Positions 50,014 to 59,991 are shown, numbered from the stretch's first letter. The stretch: 64,000 bases of DNA from Candidatus Omnitrophota bacterium (GCA_022711395.1 JAKLFA010000004.1:6361-70360), one strand, 5' to 3'. Numbers and translations: made by a program. The notes: generated by a model not told the origin, from the sequence alone.

Positions 50014-50379
50014 TTATCCTTCCAACAGCTCTAAAAGGCGCTCCACATCCACCGGTTTGCCGATCGCCGGAAAATTTTCTCCTCCGACCAAAAGCTCCGA
50101 ACCGCCTTCTTCCTGGCCAGAAACAATCCCTGACAAAAAGACCACCCGGGTTCTTTTAAAATTCTGCTGCTGCTTCAAAACCGAAACAACCTCTGCCCCA
50201 TCCATGTCCGGCAGCATAATATCCATGACAACAGCATCGATCTCCCGCTCCGCCGCTTCCTTGATCGCCTGCTCGCCGCTTTGCGCTTCCACAACTTCAT
50301 ATCCAGCAGACTTCAGGCGCGCCCTCAGAAGCCTCAATGTCAAAGCATCATCATCAACAATCAAAACCGTTCTCGCCAA
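50014..50379 (-). CDS. Stand-alone response-regulator receiver domain (CheY-like)
   Basis: 121 aa. VLIVDDD acidic pocket, phospho-acceptor Asp in VVMDIMLPDMDG, and the conserved Lys. Only 25 bp upstream of the AOX-like gene. Confidence 0.8.
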   Translation of the reverse strand: MARTVLIVDDDALTLRLLRARLKSAGYEVVEAQSGEQAIKEAAEREIDAVVMDIMLPDMDGAEVVSVLKQQQNFKRTRVVFLSGIVSGQEEGGSELLVGGENFPAIGKPVDVERLLELLEG

Positions 50380-50483
50380 AACGCCCTCCCTGATTCAAAC
50401 CGATTAGAATAATTCTATAGTAAGGAAACCTTTGGGAATTTGCAAGGATGTTATTCGGTAAATCTTTACGAAAATCCCCCATC

Positions 50484-52178
50484 CTAAAAATCCGGGTTGG
50501 CGGCCTTTTGTTTGGTCTCTACCTTGTACCGGCGCCATTGCATCTGGCCGATGATGCTTTGTGAAATGTTCGTGAGGTGATCGGCGATCTTTTCAAGATT
50601 ATCAATAAAATCCAAAAAGACATAATTCGCTTTTATTTTACAAACGCCCTGGTTCAGACGTTCAATATGGGCTTCTTTCAGACGGATCTGCATGGCATTC
50701 ATCCGGTCTTCACGCTCCAAAAGTTTCTCGGCCATTGAACGGTCAAGCTTTTCAAAAGCCGTTTTTGTTTCCGTGAACATCTCTTTTAATTCCTGCCACA
50801 TCACCTTTAACTCCTCAATGGCCAGCTCCGAAAAAAGAATCGCGCTGTCAATGCGCAACTGAGCGATCTCCGTAATGTTCTTGGCGTGGTCACCCATGCG
50901 CTCAATATCATTAACGTTGTGCAAAAGCACGGGGATCTCCTGTGAATTCTCCACTGAGATCTCGCGTTGCGAAAGGTCGATCACATACTGCGTGATCTCC
51001 GACTGCAGATTGTCCGTAGCTTTTTCATATTCCAAAGCCTTCTGAACCAGCGCTTCACTTTTATCCAAAAAACCCTGCACAGCGGTATTGACGGCTTTTT
51101 CAGCGACACTCAGCATATACAAAGTTTCATTGCGGACCTGTTGCATAGCGACCGGTGGAGTATCCAACAAATGCTCTTCCAAATATTTCACCCCGAACTC
51201 ATCCCGGCCCTTTCGCTGTGGGACCAGCCAGATCGAAACTTTTTCAATAAAACCGATAAACGGCAGAAAAACAAGCGCGTTCACAATATTGAAAGCCGAG
51301 TGCGCCACCGCGATATGGAACATCACGCTTTTTAACGTCAACTCTCCCGGAATAATAAAAGAAATAAACCGCTCATACCAGCCCAGATAAACAAAAACGA
51401 TCATATACGACACCCCGATCACATTAAACATCGTGTGCGCCATAGCCGCCCGGCGGGCATTGATATTGGTCCCTAAAGCCGCAAGCTGAGCTGTAATCGT
51501 GGTCCCAATATTGTCCCCCAAAACAATGGGGATCGCCGCTGAAAAGCTGATAATTCCTTTAAAGGCCAGGACCTGAACGATCGCGATCGTTACTGATGAG
51601 CTTTGCAATAATGTCGTAAATACCATGCCGGCCAAAACACCCAAAATAGGGTTTTTCGCAAACATGACGAAAAGATCCTTTAACTGCTGGGTGTCTTTCA
51701 ACGGTTCACAGGCATCTTTCAAAAGACCCAAACCGACAAATAGCATGCCCGTTCCTATCAGGACCTCACCCCAAAACCTTGTTTTGCGGGAACGGCCAAA
51801 AGCCATAATTGCAAAACCGATCCCCACAGCCGGGAGCGCATATTCTGTCAACTTGATCACGGACATCGAAGAAACGATCCAAGCCATAAGGGTCGTTCCA
51901 ATATTAGCTCCAAAAATAACACTGATCGCCTGTTTTAAAGAAAGCAGACCAGCGTTGACAAACCCGACCACCATCACCGTTGTCGCGCTGGAAGAATGAA
52001 GAAAAACCGTCACAAGGAATCCGGTAAAAAGGCCGATAATCGGGACTTTTGTGGCCATATGCAAAAAGGATTTTAAACGTTCACCGGCAACTTTTTTAAG
52101 CCCTTCGGACATGATCTTCATGCCATAAAAGAAGAATCCCAATCCTCCAAGTATCAAAAAATAAAAATTGCCCTGCAT
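50484..52178 (-). CDS. Na+/phosphate cotransporter family protein with C-terminal PhoU-like domains
   Basis: 564 aa. Duplicated NptA-type membrane repeats followed by two PhoU-like helical repeats. Confidence 0.8.
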   Translation of the reverse strand: MQGNFYFLILGGLGFFFYGMKIMSEGLKKVAGERLKSFLHMATKVPIIGLFTGFLVTVFLHSSSATTVMVVGFVNAGLLSLKQAISVIFGANIGTTLMAWIVSSMSVIKLTEYALPAVGIGFAIMAFGRSRKTRFWGEVLIGTGMLFVGLGLLKDACEPLKDTQQLKDLFVMFAKNPILGVLAGMVFTTLLQSSSVTIAIVQVLAFKGIISFSAAIPIVLGDNIGTTITAQLAALGTNINARRAAMAHTMFNVIGVSYMIVFVYLGWYERFISFIIPGELTLKSVMFHIAVAHSAFNIVNALVFLPFIGFIEKVSIWLVPQRKGRDEFGVKYLEEHLLDTPPVAMQQVRNETLYMLSVAEKAVNTAVQGFLDKSEALVQKALEYEKATDNLQSEITQYVIDLSQREISVENSQEIPVLLHNVNDIERMGDHAKNITEIAQLRIDSAILFSELAIEELKVMWQELKEMFTETKTAFEKLDRSMAEKLLEREDRMNAMQIRLKEAHIERLNQGVCKIKANYVFLDFIDNLEKIADHLTNISQSIIGQMQWRRYKVETKQKAANPDF

Positions 52179-52290
52179 GAAAACCCTTTCGTTAAATAAC
52201 CATGAGTTGTGAAAGAAAAAGCAGCATTATAATAAACAAATAATTAAAAAAGGACAAGACCTTGCTTTAAAAATACAGCGATCGCTATTT

Positions 52291-52650
52291 TCACGATAGG
52301 TTAGCCCTGCGGATCATCTCTTGGGCCACAAAAAGAACGAACTTTTTCTGCTCATCTTCAGCCTTATCATCAAGCTGCATCCCCACCAGATATTCCGGCC
52401 CTCCGATCTCGAAAGATTCCTTAATCCAACGGACCGTTGCCGGCAGACGCGTCCTCTGCCCCTTGCCAAGGCCGACCACAAGAATCAAGGACTGACCGAC
52501 CTTTAACGGCTCACGCGTCAAAAAGCTTAAACCCGTGGCGCTGACATTCAAGGTGGTGGTGATCGCCTGGTGCCTTTGGCTGCTGCGGATATCAAAGGAC
52601 ACCGGCAATTCAATATCCAAACGGAGACATCGGCGTTTTTCCTGACCCAA
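52291..52650 (-). CDS. PilZ domain protein (c-di-GMP receptor-like)
   Basis: RxxxR (RRCLR) and N/DxSxxG (NVSATGLSF) PilZ motifs. Start assigned to TTG at 52650, which has the ribosome-binding site AAAGGAG 7 nt upstream. The longest ATG ORF (to 52794) would overlap the upstream oxidoreductase gene by 120 bp. Confidence 0.55.
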   Translation of the reverse strand: MGQEKRRCLRLDIELPVSFDIRSSQRHQAITTTLNVSATGLSFLTREPLKVGQSLILVVGLGKGQRTRLPATVRWIKESFEIGGPEYLVGMQLDDKAEDEQKKFVLFVAQEMIRRANLS

Positions 52651-52672
52651 CTTTTTTCTCCTTTGTGCTGAA

Positions 52673-53938
52673 TTACGCCTTTTTATCAAGGGCTTCCTGC
52701 GCCGCGCTCTGCCCGGCCAAATATCCGCTTGAAAAAGCCGCCTGAAGGTTGAAACCGCCCGTATCACCATCAATATCCAGGATCTCTCCGGCAAAATATA
52801 AACCCTTGATCAAAAGCGATGCCATGGTCTTTGGATCAATTTCTTTGAGCGAAACCCCTCCCTGAGTGACCATCGCCGTGTTGAAAGGCCCCGTCCTTGT
52901 GATTTCCAACGGAAACTTTTTCAATAATCCCACGCATTTTTGCCGTTGAGCCTGCGTGATCTGATTAGCCTTGGTCTCAAAATCGATTCCCGCGAGATTC
53001 AAAAAAACATCGACCATGCGCTGAGGCAAAAGGCTTTTAAATACCGTCTTAACGCCGCGACGTGGAGAAAGACGGAATTCCTTCAAAAGCCTCTTATCAA
53101 GTTCTGTTTCGTTCATTCCAGGCTTTAGGTCGACTGCGACTGTCACCGCTTTTCCTTCCCTCAGCCAATCCGCCACTTGCCCGCTCGCCGTTATAACCAA
53201 AGGACCGGAGATCCCTTTATAAGTGAACAGTAATTCCCCGACCTCTGTCTGCAATTTTGAGCTCCCATTGGAAATCTCAAGAGCGATATTCTTAAGTGTC
53301 AACCCTTCCAAAATTTTAGGAAAATGCTGTTTTGTCTCAAGCGCGACAAGCCCCGGCCGCAATGCCACAATATGATGGCCCAAACGCTTGGCGATCTCAA
53401 GACCGTCTCCGGTCGAACCCGTTTCTTTATAGGTCACCCCACCTGTAGCAAGGATCGCTCTGGAAGTCTTAAAAAGACGTCCGTCAGCCGTTTTCACGCC
53501 AAAGACCTGATGATCATCGACCTCAATATCAGCCACCGGACAATCATATACCACCTGAACATTATGACGGGCGAGCGCACCCTTTAAAACACTTAACACG
53601 CTGCTGGCGCGGTCCGTCTCAGGAAAGACCCGCTGCTGTCGTTCGACCTTTAATGCCAGCCCGGATCCTTCAAAAAATTCCATCAGATCGTCATTAAAAA
53701 AGAACTTGAAAGCGTCCCTCAAAAAATTCCCGTTCTTGGAAAATCTCCTGATGAAATCCGTCAAAGAGCAAGCATTCGTCAAATTACAGCGCCCTTTGCC
53801 TGTCAAAAGGAGCTTGCGCCCTAGCTGGGGATTCTTTTCCAAAAGTAAGACCCTGGCCCCGAGTTCCCCCGCTCGAATGGCGGCCATCATCCCCGACGGA
53901 CCGCCTCCCACCACTATGACATCACATCCGTTCATCAC
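52673..53938 (-). CDS. HI0933/BaiN-like FAD-dependent flavoprotein (aminoacetone oxidase family)
   Basis: 421 aa. N-terminal dinucleotide-binding motif DVIVVGGGPSGMMAA, plus GKGRCNLTN. Confidence 0.75.
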   Translation of the reverse strand: MMNGCDVIVVGGGPSGMMAAIRAGELGARVLLLEKNPQLGRKLLLTGKGRCNLTNACSLTDFIRRFSKNGNFLRDAFKFFFNDDLMEFFEGSGLALKVERQQRVFPETDRASSVLSVLKGALARHNVQVVYDCPVADIEVDDHQVFGVKTADGRLFKTSRAILATGGVTYKETGSTGDGLEIAKRLGHHIVALRPGLVALETKQHFPKILEGLTLKNIALEISNGSSKLQTEVGELLFTYKGISGPLVITASGQVADWLREGKAVTVAVDLKPGMNETELDKRLLKEFRLSPRRGVKTVFKSLLPQRMVDVFLNLAGIDFETKANQITQAQRQKCVGLLKKFPLEITRTGPFNTAMVTQGGVSLKEIDPKTMASLLIKGLYFAGEILDIDGDTGGFNLQAAFSSGYLAGQSAAQEALDKKA

Positions 53939-53975
53939 AACTCAAGCACAACCCACGCCGTGCTTTTACGCCTCC

Positions 53976-54434
53976 TTAATTTGAAAGATATTCCACCTTA
54001 ACCCCGATCCGAGCGTTGGAAACCAGCGCGCCATCCACAAAGGCATCAGACTCGAATGCCGCCTGACCGCCAGACAACCCAACAAACCTAACTTCAATAT
54101 GAAGCCGGTCGCCAGGCATGACAGGACGTAAAAACTTCGCCTCAGCCGTCTTTAAAGAATACTTGCATCTTTTTCCATCCTGGCCCTGAGCATCATGAAC
54201 ACATAAAAATGCTGCCTGCGTCATGGCTTCAACGATCAGAACGCCGGGCATCACTTTCTGGTCTGGAAAATGCCCGATAAAATGGGGTTCATTGACGGAA
54301 ACGTTTTTGACCGCGGTCAGTTTTTGGCCGGATGTAGATTCCAGGACCTGATCGACCATCAAGAAAGGCGCGCGGTGAGGTAATATCTTTCTGACCTGAT
54401 GAGCATCCAATTCCATAGACTCGTTATGTTCCAA
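53976..54434 (-). CDS. fabZ: 3-hydroxyacyl-ACP dehydratase
   Basis: 152 aa hotdog fold. HFIGHFPDQKVMPGVL catalytic motif. Confidence 0.85.
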   Translation of the reverse strand: MEHNESMELDAHQVRKILPHRAPFLMVDQVLESTSGQKLTAVKNVSVNEPHFIGHFPDQKVMPGVLIVEAMTQAAFLCVHDAQGQDGKRCKYSLKTAEAKFLRPVMPGDRLHIEVRFVGLSGGQAAFESDAFVDGALVSNARIGVKVEYLSN

Positions 54435-54452
54435 CCCCTAAGATATGGTTCT

Positions 54453-55202
54453 TTAACGGATCGCCAGGCCTCCGTCGACCTGAATGATCTGCCCTAAAAT
54501 ATAGGCGGACTCCTCACTTAAAAGGAACCTCACAACGCCGGCCACATCATCCGCTTTTCCAATGCGCCCTAGAGGAATACCTTTTAAGACCGCCTCCCTG
54601 GACGCTTCATCGATCCCCTCAAGCATGTCCGTTTCAATAAAGCCCGGAGCCACGGCATTGACCCTCACGCCGTAGGGGGCGCACTCTTTAGCCAACGCCT
54701 TGGTAAAGGCGTTCATCCCGCCTTTGGAGGCGGAGTAGTTGGTCTGACCGACCAGCCCGATGGACCCGCTGATCGAAGAGATGTTGACAATATGCCCTCT
54801 TCTCTGTTTTAAAAGATGGAAAATGCTTGCTCTGCTCACATGGAACATCCCGTTGAGATTGGTGTTGATGACCGTGTGCCAATCCTCCGGCGGCATCATC
54901 AGCAGATTTTTATCCCGTATAACACCGGCATTGTTGACCACGATATCCAAGCCACCCAGTCGGGCCTTGCTCTCATCGATCCATTTTTTCACCGCGTCAA
55001 AATCGCACACGTCCACCTGAGAGGCAACGCATTCAACTCCCAATCCCTGGACCTCACTGACCAGCGCCTCGGCCTTCGCCGTGTTGTGAACGTAATTGAA
55101 CGCCACCGAACAGCCTTCACGAGCCAGCATCAGGACAATCGCCCTGCCGATCCCCCGAGACCCTCCGCTCACGACCGCGACCTTTCCCTGGAACAGGCCC
55201 AT
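54453..55202 (-). CDS. fabG: 3-oxoacyl-ACP reductase
   Basis: SDR enzyme with GKVAVVSGGSRGIGRAI, NNAG and YSASK motifs. Start set at the Met at 55202. The longest ORF runs to 55232. Confidence 0.85.
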   Translation of the reverse strand: MGLFQGKVAVVSGGSRGIGRAIVLMLAREGCSVAFNYVHNTAKAEALVSEVQGLGVECVASQVDVCDFDAVKKWIDESKARLGGLDIVVNNAGVIRDKNLLMMPPEDWHTVINTNLNGMFHVSRASIFHLLKQRRGHIVNISSISGSIGLVGQTNYSASKGGMNAFTKALAKECAPYGVRVNAVAPGFIETDMLEGIDEASREAVLKGIPLGRIGKADDVAGVVRFLLSEESAYILGQIIQVDGGLAIR

Positions 55203-56446
55203 TACCCCTCCCACTTTCTTAATATCATGCATATATTGGCGCCAGATGGCGAAAAGTTCATGACCATTGCTGTTTTGATATCCGCCTTAACGGACGTATT
55301 GGCGATAATGTTCAGGTCACAATCCGGGTCCGGGACTTGGTAATTGATCGTCGGAGGAATAAATCCCCTTTCCATGGAACCCAAGGCGGCCCCCACGGCC
55401 ATCGCCCCTGAAACACTATAGGTCTCACCGATCATGGACTTGATCGCGGTGACCGGGACCTTTTTGCCATAAGAACCGAAAACCTCCTTAATCGCATACG
55501 CTTCAATGCGGTCCGCCGCCTGTGTTGAATTGGCGTTAGCAAAGATCACGTCAATATCTGACGGCGACATCCCGGCCTCATCGAGCGCGTTACGGATCGA
55601 ATTTTTCATCCCGATCGCGCGTGGATTGAATTTGTGAAGGCGGAACGGATCAAATTCGGATCCGAAGGCCGTTACCTCAGCCATGATCCTTGCGCCACGC
55701 TTTTGGGCAAACTCCAGGTCTTCCATCCCCACCAAGAGCGCCCCTTCGCCGAACACGATCCCGTTACGGCGCTTATCAAAGGGGCAGTTGATAAAATTTT
55801 CCCCTTTTTTAGATCCGGAAAGGTACTTTAACGTATGAAACCCGAAGAACGTGTGCCAGCACATTTCCTCCACACCACCGCCAAAAACGACCTTGACCCG
55901 GTCCATGTCAATGAAATCATACCCGTACTGCATCGCGTCAATGCTGGTCGTGAATCCGTTGGAAATCGTTGAATTGAATCCTTGAATATTGAACCAAATG
56001 GAGATCTGACTGGCCGCCGCATTAATGACCGTATTGGGAAAAAGCGCCGGATTGACGAAGCGGGGGCCTTCCCGCAGCGTCACCTCGTCAAATTCTGCAA
56101 TACTTTTAAGACTTCCCAGGGTATTCCCGACCGAGACGCCGAAATCATCGGTCAGCTCTTCAGATATTTTTTCCCCATAACCGGCATCATCCATCAACAG
56201 TTTGGCCGCGGAAACGACCAGGCGGGCGGCGCGGTCCATGGTCCGCAGACCTTTTTTACCCAAGTACTCAGTGGCATCAAAATCCGGGACTTCTCCGGCG
56301 ATGTTAACATTGAATTCAGAAGTATCGAAAAGTTTGACCGGCTCATAGCCGGGACGGCCTTCCTGCAAGGCGTTCCAGTAATCTTCTTTGCCTTTCGCGT
56401 TTGGGGTGAGGACCCCAAGGCCTGTGATCACGATTTTCTCAGACAT
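55202..56446 (-). CDS. fabF: Beta-ketoacyl-ACP synthase II
   Basis: KAS family (IVITGLGVLTP N-terminus, catalytic Cys/His/His context). Start set at MSEKIV. The longest ORF runs to 56512. Confidence 0.8.
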   Translation of the reverse strand: MSEKIVITGLGVLTPNAKGKEDYWNALQEGRPGYEPVKLFDTSEFNVNIAGEVPDFDATEYLGKKGLRTMDRAARLVVSAAKLLMDDAGYGEKISEELTDDFGVSVGNTLGSLKSIAEFDEVTLREGPRFVNPALFPNTVINAAASQISIWFNIQGFNSTISNGFTTSIDAMQYGYDFIDMDRVKVVFGGGVEEMCWHTFFGFHTLKYLSGSKKGENFINCPFDKRRNGIVFGEGALLVGMEDLEFAQKRGARIMAEVTAFGSEFDPFRLHKFNPRAIGMKNSIRNALDEAGMSPSDIDVIFANANSTQAADRIEAYAIKEVFGSYGKKVPVTAIKSMIGETYSVSGAMAVGAALGSMERGFIPPTINYQVPDPDCDLNIIANTSVKADIKTAMVMNFSPSGANICMILRKWEG

Positions 56447-56527
56447 GACGGTATTATAACATAAGCGACGGACGGAGAAAGCCCAAAACTCAACTCTTTG
56501 CCTGCCCGGCAAAGCCTGCCGCCCAGT

Positions 56528-57127
56528 TTACTCCCCGACCTCCCGCGCGTGAAGGATGTATTTTGCGAGCATATCGGTTTCGATGTTCAACTTTTGGCCG
56601 ACCTTTTTATTGCCGAACGTTGTGACCTCCAACGTGTGCGGGATCAAATAGATCGAGAAGGTATTGATCTTTTTTTTGACCCAGCCGATGGTCAGGCTCA
56701 CCCCATCAACAGCCACCGACGCTTTAGGAGCAATGTATTTCAATATTTTACGGTCAACTTCGATCTGCCATTCCACATAATTTTCCATGGTGACCTTCTT
56801 CTTGAAAGTCCCCATGCCATCCACATGACCCGAAACAAAATGCCCTCCGAGGCGGGAGTTCACCTTCAGGGCCCGTTCGAGGTTTACTTCTGTTCCCGGC
56901 TCGGCAAATCCCAAGGTCGTCGCATCCAACGTCTCCTTCATGAGATCAAACGTCAGGACGCCGCCCCGGATCTTGACCACGGTCAAACAGACGCCGTTGA
57001 CCGCGATGCTGTCCCCGATCTTCACCCCGCGGACAACACGCCTTCCTTCAATATCCATCGTGATCAAATTCTTCATGCGGTTGATCGCCTGAACCGTTCC
57101 CTTTTCTTCCACGATCCCTGAAAACAT
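56528..57127 (-). CDS. ribE: Riboflavin synthase alpha subunit
   Basis: Starts MFSGIVEEKGTV, with duplicated lumazine-binding repeats (GVCLTV, GVSLTI). Start set at the internal Met at 57127. Confidence 0.85.
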   Translation of the reverse strand: MFSGIVEEKGTVQAINRMKNLITMDIEGRRVVRGVKIGDSIAVNGVCLTVVKIRGGVLTFDLMKETLDATTLGFAEPGTEVNLERALKVNSRLGGHFVSGHVDGMGTFKKKVTMENYVEWQIEVDRKILKYIAPKASVAVDGVSLTIGWVKKKINTFSIYLIPHTLEVTTFGNKKVGQKLNIETDMLAKYILHAREVGE

Positions 57128-57152
57128 CACCTGCTCCTTTTTATTCTTTAGC

Positions 57153-58235
57153 TCAATATTTGACTTTTCCTTCAATGTAAAGATCACGACCCATAGCCAT
57201 GACGCTCACGTCGTTCAACTCAACCGTCTTCCCGACATTGTGAGCCCTTAAACCACGAACGGCATCCAACGCAGTCTCATCCCCAAAGATCTTCAAAGCA
57301 ACATAGACCATCATCCGGTCCACAAGTTTCAAGGCCAGGGCCTGCCCAATCACGGCGCTTCCGCCTTCGATCAAAATATTAGAAATTTCCTGACGGACCA
57401 GAAACTCCATCAACCATCTCAGATCGACCCTGCCGGCACGCTCAGGGCAAATGACCACCTGGATGTTTTTTTGCTCCAATAACGCTATTTTTCGCTTGGA
57501 AGCCTTGGCGGTGGTTGCCACAACACATGAAAAATCCCTAAACATTCTCGCCTTGAGCGGGATCCTTAACGAACTATCCACCACGATCTTTGTCCAGGGC
57601 TTGCGCTTTGTTGCGGGATTGAGCTGAGGGTCATCCTTCAAGACCGTATTGACCCCGACAAGGATCGCATCAAATTCATCTCGTTTCTTACGGGCGTATC
57701 GACGGGATTCTAACGAAGTGATCCATTTCGATCCCCCGTCTGACGTCGCCACTTTCCCATCCAGACTTTGGGCGATCTTGGCCGTCACAAATGGCATTTT
57801 TTGAGTGATGTATTTATTAAAAGCCCTGTTTAAAGCCACCGCTTCCTCTTGAAGGACCCCCACCACAACATCCACGCCTGCCCATTTAAGCTTTTTTATG
57901 GAACGTCCTCTTACAAGCGGATTAGGGTCTTGCGCCGCGATCACGATCCTTTTAACGCCGGATGCGATAACTTGGTCCACACACGGCGGAGTGTGCCCCT
58001 GATGCGCGCAAGGCTCGAGGGTCACATACATCGTAGCGCCCATGGAGCGGTCTTGCGCCTGGCGCAACGCGAAAATTTCTGCATGCGCTCCCCCGCAGCG
58101 TTTATGCCATCCTTCCCCAACAATCGTTCCACCCTTGACGATCAGGCATCCCACCATAGGGTTCGGAAGTGTTTTCCCCTTCGCCCTCATGGCAAGCTGC
58201 AAGGCATGCCTCATATATTTTTCATCGTGCTTCAT
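57153..58235 (-). CDS. ribD: Bifunctional diaminohydroxyphosphoribosylaminopyrimidine deaminase / 5-amino-6-(5-phosphoribosylamino)uracil reductase
   Basis: Deaminase Zn motifs (HAEIFAL, PCAHQGHTPPC) plus a C-terminal reductase domain. Start set at the Met at 58235 to avoid overlapping the PHP gene. Confidence 0.85.
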   Translation of the reverse strand: MKHDEKYMRHALQLAMRAKGKTLPNPMVGCLIVKGGTIVGEGWHKRCGGAHAEIFALRQAQDRSMGATMYVTLEPCAHQGHTPPCVDQVIASGVKRIVIAAQDPNPLVRGRSIKKLKWAGVDVVVGVLQEEAVALNRAFNKYITQKMPFVTAKIAQSLDGKVATSDGGSKWITSLESRRYARKKRDEFDAILVGVNTVLKDDPQLNPATKRKPWTKIVVDSSLRIPLKARMFRDFSCVVATTAKASKRKIALLEQKNIQVVICPERAGRVDLRWLMEFLVRQEISNILIEGGSAVIGQALALKLVDRMMVYVALKIFGDETALDAVRGLRAHNVGKTVELNDVSVMAMGRDLYIEGKVKY

Positions 58236-58245
58236 GGGCGTCTCC

Positions 58246-59067
58246 TTATCCGCAGCGGCTGCGGAGTTCTTCAACGGCCGCATAATCCACCGTCGCCTGG
58301 CCGATCAAACTATAATCACGGGCCCTGCCATGGGCATCCGATCCGCCGGTCGCCACCAGGCCATGCTTACGCGCCAACTTCTCATAAAATCGGGTCTCTG
58401 AGATCGAGTTGCCAAGATAATACGTTTCCAGACCAGCCAGCCCCGCTTCAACAAAACTGGGGATCAATTCATCCTTTAATGTTTTCATCGGATGAGCCAT
58501 CACGGCTGCCCCTCCGGAGCTGCGGATCAACTCAATGGCCTCATAAGGACTTTGCTTGAATTTCGGGACATAGAAGGAGCATTCTTCTCCCAAAAATCGC
58601 GCAAAAGCGTCATTTATATCCGCCGCGTATCCTTTTTGGATAAGGATACGGGCGATATGCGGACGGCCGATCGCATCTGTTTTAGAGAGCTTGCGCACTT
58701 CATCAAACGTAATATCAGGATATCCCCCCCGCTGAAGATTTTCCACGATGTCGCGGACCCGCTGAATCCGGACGGAACAAAAACGTTCTAACGCGCGCTT
58801 CAAAGCCGGGTGATCCAGGTCGATAAAATATCCTAAAATATGGATATCCGAACTGCTCCATTCCGTCGAAAGTTCAACACCGCAGACCACCTCCAGCCCG
58901 GTCCCCATGGCAGCGTTCATCGCCGGACGAACCCCTTCAACGCTGTCATGGTCCGTAATAGCAACGCATGCCAGGCCTTTTTTAACGGAAATCTGGACAA
59001 CTTCCTCAGGAGTATCCAGACCATCCGAAAAACACGTATGGATATGCAGATCCGCTACTTTTTTCAC
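58246..59067 (-). CDS. PHP-domain phosphoesterase (TrpH/YciV-like)
   Basis: 273 aa. LHIHTCFSDG and further His/Asp metal-ligand motifs. Confidence 0.75.
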   Translation of the reverse strand: MKKVADLHIHTCFSDGLDTPEEVVQISVKKGLACVAITDHDSVEGVRPAMNAAMGTGLEVVCGVELSTEWSSSDIHILGYFIDLDHPALKRALERFCSVRIQRVRDIVENLQRGGYPDITFDEVRKLSKTDAIGRPHIARILIQKGYAADINDAFARFLGEECSFYVPKFKQSPYEAIELIRSSGGAAVMAHPMKTLKDELIPSFVEAGLAGLETYYLGNSISETRFYEKLARKHGLVATGGSDAHGRARDYSLIGQATVDYAAVEELRSRCG

Positions 59068-59492
59068 GATGATGTCGGAGATGAAGCGATTTCGGTTTTA
59101 TGAATTTTATCCAAAATGCCGTTAACAAATTTGCTGGATTCAACATCACCGAACCTTTTCGCCAACTCAACGGCCTCGTTAATACTGACTTTTGGGGGAA
59201 TATCTTTAGTAAAAAGCAGCTCAAAAAGCCCAAGCCGCAGAACATTACGATCAATAATTGCCATGCGCTTGAGCTGCCAGTTCGTGGCATACGACGAGAT
59301 CTTTTGATCGATCCCCTCCAAATTCTGATGGACACCAAAAACCAGGCGCTCTGAAAAATTTTTTACTTCCGGATCGACCTCGCCTTCTCTCTGCCAGACA
59401 TCATTCATGACCAACTGCGCCTCCATGCGGGTAATATCCATTTGATAAAGGATCGATAAGGCGATTTCTCTGGCTTGGGTTCTTTTGCGCAT
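59064..59492 (-). CDS. nusB: Transcription antitermination factor NusB
   Basis: 142 aa. AREIALSILYQ N-terminal signature. Typical rib-operon neighbour. Confidence 0.85.
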   Translation of the reverse strand: MRKRTQAREIALSILYQMDITRMEAQLVMNDVWQREGEVDPEVKNFSERLVFGVHQNLEGIDQKISSYATNWQLKRMAIIDRNVLRLGLFELLFTKDIPPKVSINEAVELAKRFGDVESSKFVNGILDKIHKTEIASSPTSS

Positions 59493-59513
59493 CTGTTTTT
59501 CTCCGTTGTGTTC

Positions 59514-59978
59514 CTAAATAGAATCCATTGTTTCAACCATCTTCATGGCGACCAAGGCGGCTTCTCGGCCTTTGTTGTCACCCTGCTCCTCGGAGCGTTT
59601 GTATGCCTGTTCAACAGTTTCTGTGGTAATAACACCAAAGGCCACTGGCTTTCCCTCGTCCAAAGAAACGCGCATCAACCCCTGCGCAACCCCCTGGGCG
59701 ACCAATTCAAAATGATATGTCTCTCCCCGGATCACGCAGCCCAGCGCAACGACGGCGCAGACCCCGCGTTTACGGAGCAGCTTTTGTGCCAGAACCGGAA
59801 TTTCCAGAGCGCCGGCAACCCAGTAAACCTGAACACGGCTTTTGGCGATGCCTTTTTTCTGAAACTCATTAAGGCACCCATCCAAAAGACGCTGACAGAT
59901 AAATTCATTGAACCTGGACACGACGACGGCATACGACCCGGCCGTTTTCTTCCTTTTTGAGCTGGAACCCGGCATCAC
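59514..59978 (-). CDS. ribH: 6,7-dimethyl-8-ribityllumazine synthase
   Basis: 154 aa. Lumazine synthase motifs (VVVSRFNEFI, GALEIP). Confidence 0.9.
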   Translation of the reverse strand: MMPGSSSKRKKTAGSYAVVVSRFNEFICQRLLDGCLNEFQKKGIAKSRVQVYWVAGALEIPVLAQKLLRKRGVCAVVALGCVIRGETYHFELVAQGVAQGLMRVSLDEGKPVAFGVITTETVEQAYKRSEEQGDNKGREAALVAMKMVETMDSI

Positions 59979-59991
59979 TGCCCCCCCTGTT

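Noticed and set aside
52262-52290. HIP1-like palindrome GCGATCGC upstream of the PilZ gene
   Set aside because: Single occurrence. No enrichment across the window, so it says nothing about lineage or a repeat family.
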